A DNA stretch of 63,588 nucleotides, the filler included, from Octopus bimaculoides (lineage: Eukaryota), in NCBI RefSeq assembly GCF_001194135.2. It is 3 parts of 3 records of this genome, joined end to end, with 100 filler letters (N's around TTAATTAATTAA, not from the genome) between each part and the next. Parts side by side here need not be neighbours in the genome. Positions count along the whole stretch, not along the records: positions 1 to 30,732 come from NC_068994.1; 2 more parts are not named here. One strand, 5' to 3'. Positions 1 through 13,087 of the stretch are shown one piece after another (positions within the stretch are counted from its first letter, which is position 1; the number at the start of each line of letters is the position of its first letter). Under the pieces are notes generated by a model. The model was not told the DNA's origin. It made no database searches and saw nothing but the letters and a program-made list of their open reading frames with translations. The position numbers and the translations under genes are program-made.

Positions 1-46
<46 letters not shown>

Positions 47-409
47 CTTGTATTAGAGTAGCAATTTATGGTTCATATTGAACGTGTATACAGTGCCCTA
101 CCTGTCAACGATAATTTATGTATGTTTATGTAGACCGGACTTCTATGAAGGCCGACAGCTATTTGCAATACCAGAGACTGGGTTAGTTATTGTTTCCTGT
201 ACAGAAGGCGACAGATCTTGTCTGGGTTTGTGTCTGTGGGTACACATCATTGACAAGCCCTGAAACGGCCGACACGCGTCCGGCTTTAAAGCTAGCCGCT
301 GCCAAACATAATGTTTCATGCCCATCCTAAATATATTGTGTTTTCTGACACAGTGTGCCCGTAATACACTTGTCTCGGACGAAGACCGCGGAATTATCCG
401 GGCCAACTA

Positions 410-785
410 CATGAAACGCCAGTGTTTTAATGGTGGCAGCTGATGAAGGATATCTTCTCTATGTGGCCTGCTTGTTTTTTTGTACCTTGTTTATCATTTT
501 GTCCATGTTTTTTTGTTGCAACGTCATGTACCCAGATATGTATCTATATGTACATGTAGATGAAGGTATGTACATACATGTACATATATATGCATATACT
601 CATATATTGTAAACGCCTAGTTAGAATAGAGGCAGCTGACGGAGGATTAATTCCAAGTGGCTATCTGTTTTCCTATGTGTTCGTTCCGTGGTTCATTGTT
701 CTAACGTTCTGTACCTTAATATGCATCTATATACACATGTAGATGTAAGTATGTACATATATGTGGGTATACATGCATATATANN
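410..785 (+). repeat. Two head-to-tail ~200-bp units of an interspersed repeat (family D; probably PLE-terminus derived)
   Basis: Both units carry gaaacgcc..ggcagctga(t/c)g..gga..tgtacc..atgtagatg.a.gtatgtacat..atgcatat. A third copy lies at 4788-5005. Confidence 0.7.
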
Positions 786-958
786 NNNNNNNNNNNNNNN
801 NNNNNNNNNNNNNNNNNNNNNNNNNNNNNNNNNNNNNNNNNNNNNNNNNNNNNNNNNNATATATATACACACATATATATATACATACATACACACACAT
901 ATATATACACATATACATGCATACATACAGACAGACATACGCGCACACACACATATAA

Positions 959-989
<31 letters not shown>

Positions 990-999
990 AACGTGACAG

Positions 1000-1455
1000 G
1001 TTTCTTGCAGTCTCCATGTACTGTATGCACGCACACGGTATCAGTTGGCCGGGGCTATAGTAGAGGATACATGTCCAAGAAGCCCACAATGGCACTGAAC
1101 CCGTGGTCATGTGTTTGGAAAGGAAACTTCTTATAAGTATATATGTATGCTTGTATATCAACCTATCTATTTATTTACCTATCCAGCTAGCTAACTTTTT
1201 TGCTGAATCGCTAAGTTACGGGGACGTAAATACACTAACACCAGTTGTCAAGTGGTGATGGGGGACAAACACACACATATACACACATAGATATATATAT
1301 ACATATATATACGACGGGATTCTTTCAGTTTCCGTCTACCAAATCCACTCACTAAGCTTTGGTCCGCCCGAGGTTATAGTTGAAGACACTTACCCAAGGT
1401 GCCACGCAGTGAGACTGAACCCGGAACCATGTGGTTGGGAAGCAAGCTTCTTGTT
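1000..1455 (-). mobile_element. tRNA-derived SINE family A: head fragment plus near-complete copy
   Basis: Reverse complement of ggttccgggttcagtctcactgcgtggcaccttgggtaagtgtcttc...gatttggtagacggaaactgaaagaa, followed by a (TA)/(TG) linker and the tail module. Confidence 0.85.
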
Positions 1456-2882
1456 TACATTATAAGAATTTTTATTTCTTTATAAAATTCGAGAGATTCT
1501 GAAATAATTCGTTTTAATCTTGGAACTCGAAGTAGACAGAGCTATAAATAATAACTTGTAGAATATTGGGTTAAAGTACCCTTGGATAGGAAAGAAGTCG
1601 ATTTCCACCGTTAAATCGATTCATTTCATATTGTGTGTGTGTGTGTACTTGTATACTTGCCTGTGTCTGAATTTTTATGTATGCGTTTGTGTTTCTGATT
1701 CTATAAGAACTAGTATCGGTTCAAAAAGTGGAACCGGTTTCACGTTATAGGAAAAAAAATTCTAACTTAAAGTTATCGATGAATCTAGATCGATAGAATA
1801 CATCAGCAGACTTAAATATGTACTAAGGCCAATGTGATCGAGTAAATCTATAAACACCAACGCCCCAACATGGCCGCATTCCAATGACGAAAACGAGTAA
1901 AAGAAATACACATATATACATATTTGCATGAGAGATAAAGAAAAGGAAGTGACGGGGAGAGTGAGTGAGAGAAAGGGCAAGAGAGAGAGAGAAAGTGTGT
2001 GTGTGTGTGTGTGTGTGTTAGGAAGGGAGAGTCAAAGAGAGAGGAAGAGAGGGAGAGAGTAAATGAAGGAGTGAGAGTATAAGATAAGCAGGCTTGTAGA
2101 TTCCTCCAATTTGCAAGTTATGAAATTATGAAATGATGTCATAAAATATACGATCTCATTTGAATTATGAGTCTTGTGGCGCCAAAAGCAATAAATAGAT
2201 ACAAACAAAATAACGAATGTGTGTGCGTGTGTGTGTATGTGTGTGTAAAAGAAAAGTATAAATAAATGAACAAAAAAATTACATATCGAAGCAAAGAAGC
2301 AAAACAAACATACAAACAAAATAAAGAAAAATTAAGAGGCTGCGGAGATATTTTATTTTTAATTTGGGAAAATGTATTTGGCGCCATACGACTTTATGAA
2401 GACAAACTGTGTCGTTGAAGGCTTACTGTCGCCATATTGTATCCAAGTGATATACCAGGATTAATGTTGCCTAAGTGAGAAGTGAGAAACACCCAAATTT
2501 GCTAATAAACAGCAGTGACTAGTGACGGCTGAGAGATTCGTTTTGTCTACCACATACGCACACAGCCTTTGCTTAACAGATGTGTGTGTGTGTGTGTGTG
2601 TGTGTAATTTTAAGCTTAAATTACATAATTTAAAAATGAGATTTGGGATCTACTCTATATCCCTGTACTGAGTTCTTCTATATCTCTGGACTATTTACAT
2701 CGCTGCGTATCTACTTCTCATGCATACATACAAACACACATGCATATGTATATATATATATGTATATACACACACACACACACATATTATATATATATAT
2801 ATATCACACACATATATGCAAATGCTTATGCATATATATGTGTGTATGTGTATACCTTTGCTTTATGTATGTATATCTGTAT

Positions 2883-2931
<49 letters not shown>

Positions 2932-3152
2932 NNNNNNNNNNNNNNNNNNNNNNNNNNNNNNNNNNNNNNNNNNNNNNNNNNNNNNNNNNNNNNNNNNNNN
3001 NNNNNNNNNNNNNNNNNNNNNNNNNNNNNNNNNNNNNNNNNNNNNNNNNNNNNNNNNNNNNNNNNNNNNNNNNNNNNNNNNNNNNNNNNNNNNNNNNNNN
3101 NNNNNNNNNNNNNNNNNNNNNNNNNNNNNNNNNNNNNNNNNNNNNNNNNNNN

Positions 3153-3193
<41 letters not shown>

Positions 3194-3781
3194 TGCATAC
3201 ATACATACATGTGTATGTATATACACGAATATACAAGCATACGTGAGTATGTACGTATGCATATATCGTATTTTTCACTAATACTAACAAATTCAGTAAG
3301 AATGTTGCTACTAAGTTAACTAACTATGATAAATATCATTTTATAACTAACTTGGCGCCGTAACTGAATACGCAAGTGTCAAAGAACCGGCTGTGTCGTC
3401 GACACATATACAGGTCACACTCGATAACTGGGAAAATTTACGCAGTTGATAGTCCAGGCTTGGTAGGTCAGTGAAAACATGGGTTTGGTCAATCACGGTT
3501 TATAATTATACTGCTAATTCTAACATTAACGCAAACACCATTACAAGCAAACAGGAACAATGTGTTTTCCCACCGTGATGGCGTATTTCTATGTTCCAAG
3601 ACAACTAAATGGAAATAACCATTGTTAAAAATTCTGAAATTTGCAATCAATAAACAAAGATTTTGAACATCTCTAAAGGTAGTTTTTCTCTACTAACTGC
3701 TCTGATAATGGCGGTTAATCTAAGTTTTTCAAATTACTATATCACATGAGCATGACACTACCATATTTATGTATATAATGC

Positions 3782-4030
3782 AGGCTGTATGGTAAGAAGT
3801 TTTCTTCCCAGCCACATGGTTCCGGGTTCAGTCCCACTACGTGACATTAGGCAAGTGTCTTCTACTATAGCCTCGGGCTGACCAAAGCCTTGTGAGTGGA
3901 TTTGGTAGACGGAAACTGAAAAAAGCCCGTTATATGTGTGTGTGTGTGTTTGTCCCACCACCATCGCTTGACAATCGATGTTGTTGTGTCTACGTCCCCA
4001 AAACTTAGCAGTTCGGCAAAACGTACTACT
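3782..4030 (+). mobile_element. SINE family A copy
   Basis: A-box-like ggctgtatggtaag, B-box ggttcagtccc, body ccaaagccttgtgagtggatttggtagacggaaactg, internal (TG)n, then tail catcgcttgacaa. Confidence 0.85.
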
Positions 4031-4044
4031 CATGTTTGCCAGCT

Positions 4045-4165
4045 GAGTGAACTGGAGCAACGTGAAATAAAGCGTCTTGCTCAAGGTCATAATGCGTCGT
4101 CGGGAATTGAACTCACGACCTTACGATTGTGAGCCAATTGTCCTAACCACTAGACCATGCGCCTT
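4045..4165 (-). mobile_element. tRNA-derived SINE family C (head variant shared with 33695)
   Basis: The minus strand reads ggcgcatggtctagtggttaggac...gtgagttcaattccc...ttgagcaagac, with A and B boxes. Confidence 0.7.
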
Positions 4166-4166
4166 C

Positions 4167-4210
<44 letters not shown>

Positions 4211-4249
4211 TGTATGTATGTATGTGTGTGTGTGTGTGTTTATGTCTTT

Positions 4250-4445
4250 ATCTTTTACTTGTTTCAATCATTAGGCCGTGGCCATACTGGGGCACCGCCT
4301 TCAAAACTTTCGACCGAATCGACCCCAATATTTTTTTGTAAGCTTGGTACCTATTATATCGGTCTATATTGACGAACGGCGAAGTTATGGGGACTTACAC
4401 AGACCATCACCGGTTGACAAGCGGGGTAAGGGTGGGGGGAAACAC
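4250..4445 (-). mobile_element. SINE family A tail module alone
   Basis: Reverse complement of ...ataggtaccaagcttacaaaa...ggggtcgattcggtcg...aaggcggtgccccagtatggcc. Confidence 0.75.
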
Positions 4446-4717
4446 ACATACACGTGTGTGTGTGTAAGTGTATGTTTCTTTCACTTTCACACACACACAC
4501 ACACACACACATATATTTATATAATCCATTATCATTTGTCCGACAAAATATATCCTGTTTCGGCTGTTACTCATCCGGATGAGCCATGTATTTTGTGAAG
4601 TTAGTAATTGTGGGTTAAATATTTTTACTCACTCTCAGACATCTTTGAGTACTTAATTCTAAGCGACCGGACATGGCTTCTTTCTGCATTTGACATTCTC
4701 TGGAAATATAACACACA

Positions 4718-4762
<45 letters not shown>

Positions 4763-4787
4763 GCATGTGTGTGAGTGCCCTAATTCT

Positions 4788-5005
4788 TCGAAACGCTTAG
4801 TTTAGAATAGGGGCAGCTGATAAAGGAAATATTCTCTATGTGGCCTGTATGTTTTCTGTGCTCTGTTTATGTTTTGTTTTTCATTTTGCCCACGTTTTTT
4901 TGTGACGTCTTGTACCCAGATATGCATCTATATATATATATACATGTAGATGTAAGTTTGTACATACATATACCTATATATGCATATACTCACATATTAT
5001 TTGTA
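4788..5005 (+). repeat. Family D repeat, third copy
   Basis: cgaaacgcttagtttagaataggggcagctgataaagg...tgtacccagatatgcatcta matches 410-785. Confidence 0.7.
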
Positions 5006-5299
5006 TTATCATATATATATATATATATATATATTGAGAGAGAGAGAGAGAGAGAGAGATAATTGAATGAGTTGGTGTCAACAAAGAGTACAGTTGGACA
5101 TTTATATGTAATCACTACACTTGTTTCCACGTACTCAGCTATGTTCTTCATAAAATATAACCTAACTTTGTGTGTGTGTGTGTTTGTGCGCGCGCGCGCG
5201 TTTGTGTGTGTACATACACACATACACACACGCGTACACTTATTACTATGGGTAAATAGATAAATGTTACGAGAATCGTATCCCCACAATATATTAGCG

Positions 5300-5336
5300 C
5301 TTTTATGTTTCATCCTAACAATCTTCAGCAGAACAA
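5300..5336 (-). ncRNA. Degenerate minimal type I hammerhead relic
   Basis: The minus strand reads tt CTGCTGA A GATT gttag GAT GAAAC AT A aaag. The layout matches 30552, with A6C, a 1-nt loss in stem II and ACGT>ACAT. Confidence 0.35.
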
Positions 5337-5563
5337 CGTCGTCATCGTCTCGATATATTTATTGATTACTGTATTCTTCCACCATCCTATAACTATTTAA
5401 CTGTGTATGTGCGTGTGTGTGTGTATCGATCACTCTTATGAATGCCAAATGGGTAGAATGGTTCGCGAAAGCAATGTTAAAAAGTCTGAAACACGTCTCA
5501 TTACTTTCACCAATTGGTCGGATAGACCAAATCCGTTCCAATCTGCATTATATACACCCCGCC

Positions 5564-5594
<31 letters not shown>

Positions 5595-5658
5595 CGGTGG
5601 TGCATCAGCATGGCCGCAGCTCTAGGCTGAAACTATAAAAGAAAGATATATATATATA

Positions 5659-6022
5659 GGCTGGCTGTGTGGTAAGTAGGTTGCTTACCAACCACATGGT
5701 TCCGGGTTCAGTCCCACTGCGTGGCACCTTGGGCAAGTGTCATCTACTATAGCCTCGGGCTGATCAAAGCCTTGTGAGTGGATTTGGTAAACGGAAACTG
5801 AAAGAAGCCCGTCGTATATATATATGTGTGTGTGTGTGTGTGTTTGCGTGTCTGTATTTGTCCCCCCAACATCGCTTGACAACCATGCTGGTGTGTTTAC
5901 GTCCCCTTAAATTAGCGGTTCGGCAAAAATGACCGATAGAATAAGTACTAGGCTTACAAAGAATAAGTCCTGGAGTTGATTTGCTTGACTAAAGGCGGTA
6001 CTCCAGCTTGGCCACAGTCGAC
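5659..6022 (+). mobile_element. SINE family A, full-length copy
   Basis: Head ggctggctgtgtggtaagtag...ggttcagtccc, internal (TA)n(TG)n, tail ending aaggcggtactccagcttggccacagtc. Confidence 0.9.
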
Positions 6023-6288
6023 TTTGCTAAAAAAAATCAGAAACCATGGCCCAAGAGATAGGTGGTAAATGTTTGTATTTTTCATTCCCTTCGAAGTTTT
6101 ATCCCTAATAGTGGTTTGGATTTTGGCTATTCCTTCTAGCGTGTCAGGAATCCTATGATGGATACCTCTTATGGGTTTAAATGTACACTGTATTTATATG
6201 AATAATATATAGTCGATTGACTAATTTTTCTACACGCTAGGTCACTGGTAGTAAAAATTTCAAAAACTTTTATTACCCTGATATTATC

Positions 6289-6326
<38 letters not shown>

Positions 6327-6397
6327 TAATAAAAGATGAAAATGGAGAAATTGACATACAGACATCAATTTATTCAAAGATATTCAAATCAATATAT

Positions 6398-6520
6398 GAA
6401 ATTCTTATCCCTACAGCCGTTTCCATATCCAATTAATTCAATTAGAGAAATTAAATTAAATTAATTTAGAATTTTCATGTTAAAACCGGTTAATTGGGTA
6501 TTTCATTAGAGGAGAATTTC
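6398..6520 (-). ncRNA. Type I hammerhead-like fold with long stem II (G5A core change)
   Basis: The minus strand reads gaaattctcct CTAATGA a atacccaattaa ... ttaattggatat g GAAAC GGCT GTA ggga ta agaatttc. Stem II has 12 bp with 1 mismatch and stem I is extended across a bulge. Confidence 0.55.
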
Positions 6521-7132
6521 CCAGAAGGAGTTACATGCTAACGCGTTGGTCGACCCTTGACAGACTCATACATATATATATATGGGTGGTCTGAAGGAGA
6601 CGTGAAATTTAGTAACACCCAGAACAGGACCCATACCTGAAAGTCTGCAGCAGTGTGAGTGCATTCTGCTAAAGACACTCAAAGACCAAGTGATAATGTT
6701 AAACCAGGCAAGGAATTAAAATTAATTACCACATATGAGTAAATACATGCGAATACATCTGTACAATCTATTATTGTGTAAAAACACTCATGTTTTTACG
6801 CACAACAAAAAAATCCCATTACAAATATACATCACGTGTGCATAAATGTATATGTATGTATGTGTGTGTGTGCGTGTGTGCGTGCGTGCTCGCCTGTGTG
6901 TTGTATATGTGTGGGCATGTTTCTTACTGATTGAACTTTCAATGTTTGTTTTGACTGCTCAAATTGCTTCGTGGCTTGCAGGATTGCGAAGAAAAAAAAT
7001 ATTCACGAAAGAGTGTCTTGTTTCTTTGTGTGTGTGTGTATGTATGTGTGTGTGTGTGTGCACGTGTGTGTGTATATACATTATGTATAAAGTTATGTGT
7101 ATTTGTATGTCTATATGTGTGTGTATACATAG

Positions 7133-7185
<53 letters not shown>

Positions 7186-7211
7186 CACATGAATATATGC
7201 ATGCACACATA

Positions 7212-8427
7212 TGAGGGGCGGGGCTGAAAAGTTCCTGGCTTTAAGGGGGAGATTGGACAACTGTTCAAAAGAACCATGACGATATGCAATATACATTTCT
7301 CTTTTTTGCAGACTAAATGCATAATGGCAGCTCCTACAGTGGATTTTCATAAAATTGAAGCACAGGCTGTCATAAATTCCTCTTTTTGCAAGACAAAGGA
7401 TCAGCGGAAACCCATCTTACTCCACAGTGTGAAAGTTTGGGTCTCAAGGTTTCAGTCTGGTCATTTCGAGGTCACAAATGATCCTCGGTCAGAACGGCCA
7501 ACTTCCACAACCACAGAGGACAAAGACGACACTGTGCACGCCATGATTCTCGAGAACCGACAGATTTCTGCTAAAATCACAGCTGAGACTCAGCCGATTT
7601 CTTGTGAAAGACTTGACCTCATCATCATCTACAATATTCTAGACAAGAGAAAGCATTCCGCAAAATGGTTACCGAAATGCCTGAACGCAGATCAGAAGCG
7701 CATCAGAGTGGCGACATCACAGGCTATTTTGGACTGTTCTGCAGCGGGAGAGGCTGGTTTTATGACTCGTTTAGACATTATAGATGTAATTTGGCTTTAT
7801 CATTATGGTCCCCAGATCAAGCAGCAATCAATGGAGTGGGGCCATAACGGTTCACTGCGTCTCAAGAAGTTTCGGACCCAAAATTCAGTTGGAAAGATTC
7901 TAGCTTCAGTGTTCTGGGACAAAGACGGAGTTCTCTTCATAAAATACTTGCCAGAGAGTCGCACCATCAACACAGAGTACTACATGTCTCCGTTGGACGA
8001 ACTGCGTGACGCTTTGAAGCAACAACGCCGTGGATAGCTGAACCGTGATGTCCTGTCTTTTTTTTTCCAGAAGAATGCACCAGCACACACAGCAAATGAA
8101 ACCACGGAAAATACGCGAGTTTGGCTTCGAATTGGTAGACTACCTACCTTCCACTCCCGACTTAGCCCATCCGACCATCACCTCTTTCTACAACAGAAGA
8201 AACATGTCAAGGGAACGAAATTTTGCTCCGATCTGTAAGTGATCACTGCTACAGAGGCCTGATTTGAGACCCAAACTTCCGAGTTCTTTTCACAGGGCTT
8301 AGAAAAACTGAAGGGCCGCTGCAATAGGTGTGTGACTCTAAGAGAGGAATAGGTTGAATAAAATCATATTAATTCATATTCCTGTATTTTATTTTATCCA
8401 AAGCCAGAAACTTTTCTACACCCCATG
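7212..8427 (+). mobile_element. Near full-length degenerate mariner (DD34D; Himar/irritans-like)
   Basis: TIRs tgaggggcggggctgaaaagttcctggcttt / aaagccagaaacttttctacacccc, TA on both flanks. ORF 7276-8037 contains WLPKCL (WVPHEL-like) and KILASVFWDKDGVLFIKYL; downstream frames give NAPAH and PDLA. There is a stop at 8035 and frameshifts. Confidence 0.92.
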
Positions 8428-8474
8428 TATATACATACATACATGCATACACACATACACATACATATATATAT

Positions 8475-8840
8475 ATTCTTTTACTTGTTTTAGCCTTTTC
8501 ACTGCGGCCATACTGGAGCACCACATTTAGTCGAAGAAATCGACTCCAGGACTCATTCTTTGTAAGCCTAGTACTTATTCTATCGGTCTCTTTTGCCGAA
8601 CCACTATGTTATGAGAACGTGAACACACCAGCATCGGTTGTTAAGCGATGGTGAAGGGACAAACACAGACAGACAGACACACACACACGACGGGCTTCTT
8701 TCAGTTTCCGTCTGCCAAATCCACTCAAAAGGTTCTGGTCGGCCCGATGCTATAGTAGGAGACACTTGCCCAAGGTGCCACGCATTGGGACTGAACCCGG
8801 AAGCATGTGGTTGGGAAGCAAGCTACATACCACACAGCCA
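8475..8840 (-). mobile_element. SINE family A, full-length copy
   Basis: Head, (CA) linker and tail modules are all present in reverse orientation. Confidence 0.88.
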
Positions 8841-8892
<52 letters not shown>

Positions 8893-9399
8893 TATGTAGG
8901 TATGTTTAAAATCCAAGTTGTGTTCTCTTGCAGCACGTCTATTTATTCCACTATTCCTGTCCATATATGTTTATATGAAGTATGCATAAGATTTTAAAAT
9001 ACTGGAAAATATTTTCTGCAGAAAAATAATATCAAAATAGGAGATTAGAAAACTTTTTTGGTATTACTTATTCATCGTGGTGAATAAATAATACCAAAAA
9101 ATTTCCAAACTACTGTTTGGATAAATATATATATATATACACACATCCACACATTCATAAGAGTGGTCGATACACACTCACACAAACACATATATATAAA
9201 ACTTTATAAATGTAAGGGTAAAAAATTATTAAATAATTATTTCCCAGTGGCTAGCATGCGTAATAAGAGTCAGAAAACATAAGTATTTTCAAATATAATA
9301 CTGTATGAGACATTCACGAAGAGAAAATCACCATGTGGATTCCTTACATGCTAGAAATGGCAGTCAACGCCTAATACCACGAATGAATATTCTTACATT

Positions 9400-9690
9400 A
9401 AAGGGTGGTGATTTGTACGCGAACAAGACATATAGAACGATAGCTAACGGATGTTCTGTGTGCGCACTATCTGTTCGTATTGGAGCTTCCGGCGCGAATG
9501 CCAAGCAGTATAGCATGTCGTTTTCAAATTTCTGCAGAGTGAATTGCGTCATGGTACTGTTTTTCTCACAGACGGTCCCCAACTGACCCTACTATACTGT
9601 GGAGTCGACAAAATAAAAAACAAATAATGCACATGCACGAAATTAAAAATATAAAATAGTGACAGTTTACCCATTGCACCTTATATATAT
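9400..9690 (-). mobile_element. Left-end fragment of maT (DD37D) transposon
   Basis: The reverse complement aligns with 48194-48430 (TIR ..gtgc(c/a)atgggtaaactgtcac, ttggcattcgcgccg.aagctccaatacga). Confidence 0.75.
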
Positions 9691-10098
9691 ACACACACAC
9701 ACACACANNNNNNNNNNNNNNNNNNNNNNNNNNNNNNNNNNNNNNNNNNNNNNNNNNNNNNNNNNNNNNNNNNNNNNNNNNNNNNNNNNNNNNNNNNNNN
9801 NNNNNNNNNNNNNNNNNNNNNNNNNNNNNNNNNNNNNNNNNNNNNNNNNNNNNNNNNNNNNNNNNNNNNNNNNNNNNNNNNNNNNNNNNNNNNNNNNNNN
9901 NNNNNNNNNNNNNNNNNNNNNNNNNNNNNNNNNNNNNNNNNNNNNNNNNNNNNNNNNNNNNNNNNNNNNNNNNNNNNNNNNNNNNNNNNNNNNNNNNNNN
10001 NNNNNNNNNNNNNNNNNNNNNNNNNNNNNNNNNNNNNNNNNNNNNNNNNNNNNNNNNNNNNNNNNNNNNNNNNNNNNNNNNNNNNNNNNNNNNNNNNG

Positions 10099-10325
10099 AA
10101 ATACTGCGAAGCACCTCGCTCGGCGTGCTAATGTTTCTGCCAGCTCACCACCTTAATAATAATTATAATAATGATAATGATGGTTTCAAATTTTTTCCAC
10201 AAGGGCTGCAATTTTGGAGGAGGAGATGAGTCAATTACATCAATCCCAGTGTTCAACTGGTATTTATTTTATCGACTCCCGAAATGGATGAACGGCAAAG
10301 TTGACCTCGGCGGAATTTAAATTGC
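10099..10325 (-). mobile_element. SINE family B, two adjacent partial copies
   Basis: Reverse complements of ggtgagctggcagaaacattagcacgccg and aattccgccgaggtcaactttgccgttcatcc..tcgataaaataaatacc. Confidence 0.75.
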
Positions 10326-10795
10326 TATTTATATATATGTTAAGGCAACATGGATTCATCTCTACCAACACACCGACGCTTATTTCGACCACAGTTATTG
10401 CAGTAACAACACAAATTAGGATGTCCGACATGAGTACAAGCCCCGATCTAGCAAACAATCGTGTAGAGAAGTGGGACAAGGAGGGGGGTCGTATTCGATT
10501 AGACTGGTCCTAGTTACATGCATTTTTCTTGATTTTGGAATGCTTGGAAGACTGAGTCGTCCCCAGTGAAATTTGAAATCGGAACGTAAAGGAACAAAAC
10601 TGAGCGTGACAAAGTATTATATCAACCGATCTAACATCCTGATAGAAGCAAATAAGCAGTACTAACAATGATGACAGAAGCGGCGTTCACCATAACAGTA
10701 ATAGTTTCTAACCTAATGGCTATAAGGATTTTGTGTTTATGCTATAATATATAACACTGCTTGCATTATTTCTAGTGTGTTCTCCCATTCTCCCT

Positions 10796-10840
10796 TTCAC
10801 ATTAGTTCGTTCACATTAGTTCGTTCACATTAGTTCGTTC
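10796..10840. repeat. 14-bp tandem repeat x3
   Basis: (ttcacattagttcg)3, with no spacers. Confidence 0.9.
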
Positions 10841-11193
10841 TTAAAATGGAGGACAGGAATGAGGAGTGTGTCTACAAGTCGTTTTGTTGTGCTACTCAAC
10901 AATTCAAATTCAAGAGGAGGAGAACAGTCGATTATATCGACCCCACCGGAAGGATGAAAAACGAAGTTGACTCGCAGACAAACCCTTATCTATCCAAGGT
11001 AGATTTTGGTCAACAACAGAACGAGCTGTAATGGCTGCTATAACGTCATCGAATACGTCACAGTAACGTAATAGCGTCTCTTTTCACGGAAGCCCACTTC
11101 CGGTAGGCTCTTCAGTCAAGTACTTGGCACAGTAATAATAAAGTGCGTCTTGTGTATTTGTGTTTATGTATGTATGTATGTATGTATGCATGC

Positions 11194-11249
<56 letters not shown>

Positions 11250-11640
11250 TGAGCGCGTTGTATGTGTGTATGCGTGTTTTAACATGTGTGCAAGTGTACG
11301 CACGCTTATGTAGTCTTACACACACATACAAACATAAATATACACATATAATGTTTACAAACAAATGAATGGCTACATTGCATCTACGTATTTATGCATG
11401 TGTTTATATATGCGTACCTGTGTGTACATAGGCTTACTTGCATGTATATATATGTACGCACATATGCGCTGATATATATATATATATATATATACATATG
11501 CACATATGCACATATATATGCATGTCTTGTTCGTATGTATGTGTGTGGACCCGCATTGTGCGTATCATTCACATACACACACACACACACACATATATAC
11601 AAGCATACATATGCTAACACACACATATAGATATATAGAT

Positions 11641-11767
11641 ATATATTTGTGTGCTTGTGCGTGTACACATGTGTATGTATATAGATACACATGCACATAT
11701 ATACATATGTATATATATATATATATTTGTGTGCTTGTGCGTGTACACATGTGTATGTATATAGATA
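11641..11767. repeat. 80-bp-period direct repeat in a low-complexity tract
   Basis: atatatttgtgtgcttgtgcgtgtacacatgtgtatgtatatagata occurs at 11641 and 11721; it abuts a gap. Confidence 0.8.
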
Positions 11768-11831
11768 NNNNNNNNNNNNNNNNNNNNNNNNNNNNNNNNN
11801 NNNNNNNNNNNNNNNNNNNNNNNNNNNNNNN

Positions 11832-11886
<55 letters not shown>

Positions 11887-12199
11887 TGCACAAATCAGAC
11901 ATACATGTGCATAGACCCGCACACGTACTCATACATATATTTGGTAATATCCATATTACCAAACAAGTCTATATCAAGATATATATATATATAATTTTTT
12001 ATTTACGTATTCACAGAGACGTAAATCTATACACACACACACACACATACACTTCGATATACAGATAAATCCGTGTGCTTGCGTATGTATGAACGCAGGG
12101 ATAAGACCATGTGTGTGTGTGTGTGTGTGTGTATGCACGCGTGCGCTTATATGTTTAATTGTTCGTGTGGACGAATATACGAGCATTTTTAATCAGACG

Positions 12200-12231
<32 letters not shown>

Positions 12232-12451
12232 CTTGTATACACACACCAATATATGGATGTATAAATGCATGCATACATACATCTCTAGACGCACACGTAC
12301 GCACACACACACACACACAAGCATACACACACTCAAATAAGCACACCTATATATATGTGTGTACATATATATATATATATATACATACATACATATATAA
12401 TACATGCATGTATATATAATATATATACATATATGTATATATATTGCATGC

Positions 12452-12500
<49 letters not shown>

Positions 12501-13048
12501 CACACACATACACATACTTCCATACATTCAATTCGTAAACTCAATAAGGTAGGTACGTGTTTCTACATACATCCCGCTGTTGTTTTAATAAAACGTCTGA
12601 CGACACCTAGCGGCCATTATGCGACGAACACGTCCCAGCAATGACATAGATTCGCTGTCAGTGCAGCCATCTTTAATTGCCTCTATTTTCTACTCAACTC
12701 TCGGCCTGTGGACTTGATAAATATTGCTATTAAACTAGCTAATTGTTTTACTGTCTCTGCCATGTCTTCCCAGCAGACGCCAACTCTTAGCTTTGACCGC
12801 ATCTATCGCCTAATCAACACTAATTTCAATCAACTCTCATACGTACATGTACACATAATCTGTTAGATCATTTACTATGGATATTCACGCGTATTTAACG
12901 AAAACCTATACTTATGCATGGCACACACACACATATTATGCATAGGTGTATGTATGTACGTATATATACATATACATACGTACATCTTTATATATTCACA
13001 CACATATATACATGCATGCATATACATGTGCGTGTGTATGTATGTGTG

Positions 13049-13087
<39 letters not shown>

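Noticed and set aside
245-420. Partial hammerhead strings ggccgacacgcgtc and cggacgaagacc..ggcc
   Set aside because: Each needs three or more repairs and lacks stem I.
4550-4680. 14-bp palindrome ctcatccggatgag giving CGGATGA on both strands
   Set aside because: Neither strand completes a hammerhead: the plus strand lacks GAAA, and the minus strand lacks stems I and III.
6635-6666. Possible 32-nt minus-strand microexon
   Set aside because: Splice-like dinucleotides are the only evidence; all three frames are open and there is no partner exon.
10301-10513. 70-aa ORF of ordinary composition
   Set aside because: It starts within a SINE B fragment and has no recognisable motif.
10796-10840. 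CRISPR-like repeats (also 27638-27734)
   Set aside because: These are contiguous tandem units with no spacers and no cas genes, in a eukaryotic context.
11075-11122. Minus-strand CTGAAGA with GCCTAC/GTGGGC stem
   Set aside because: Six extra bases precede GAAA, and I find no stem III or stem I.
12777-12842. Possible exon TPTLSFDRIYRLINTNFNQLSY
   Set aside because: The donor is weak (gtacat), and an open frame this short is expected by chance.
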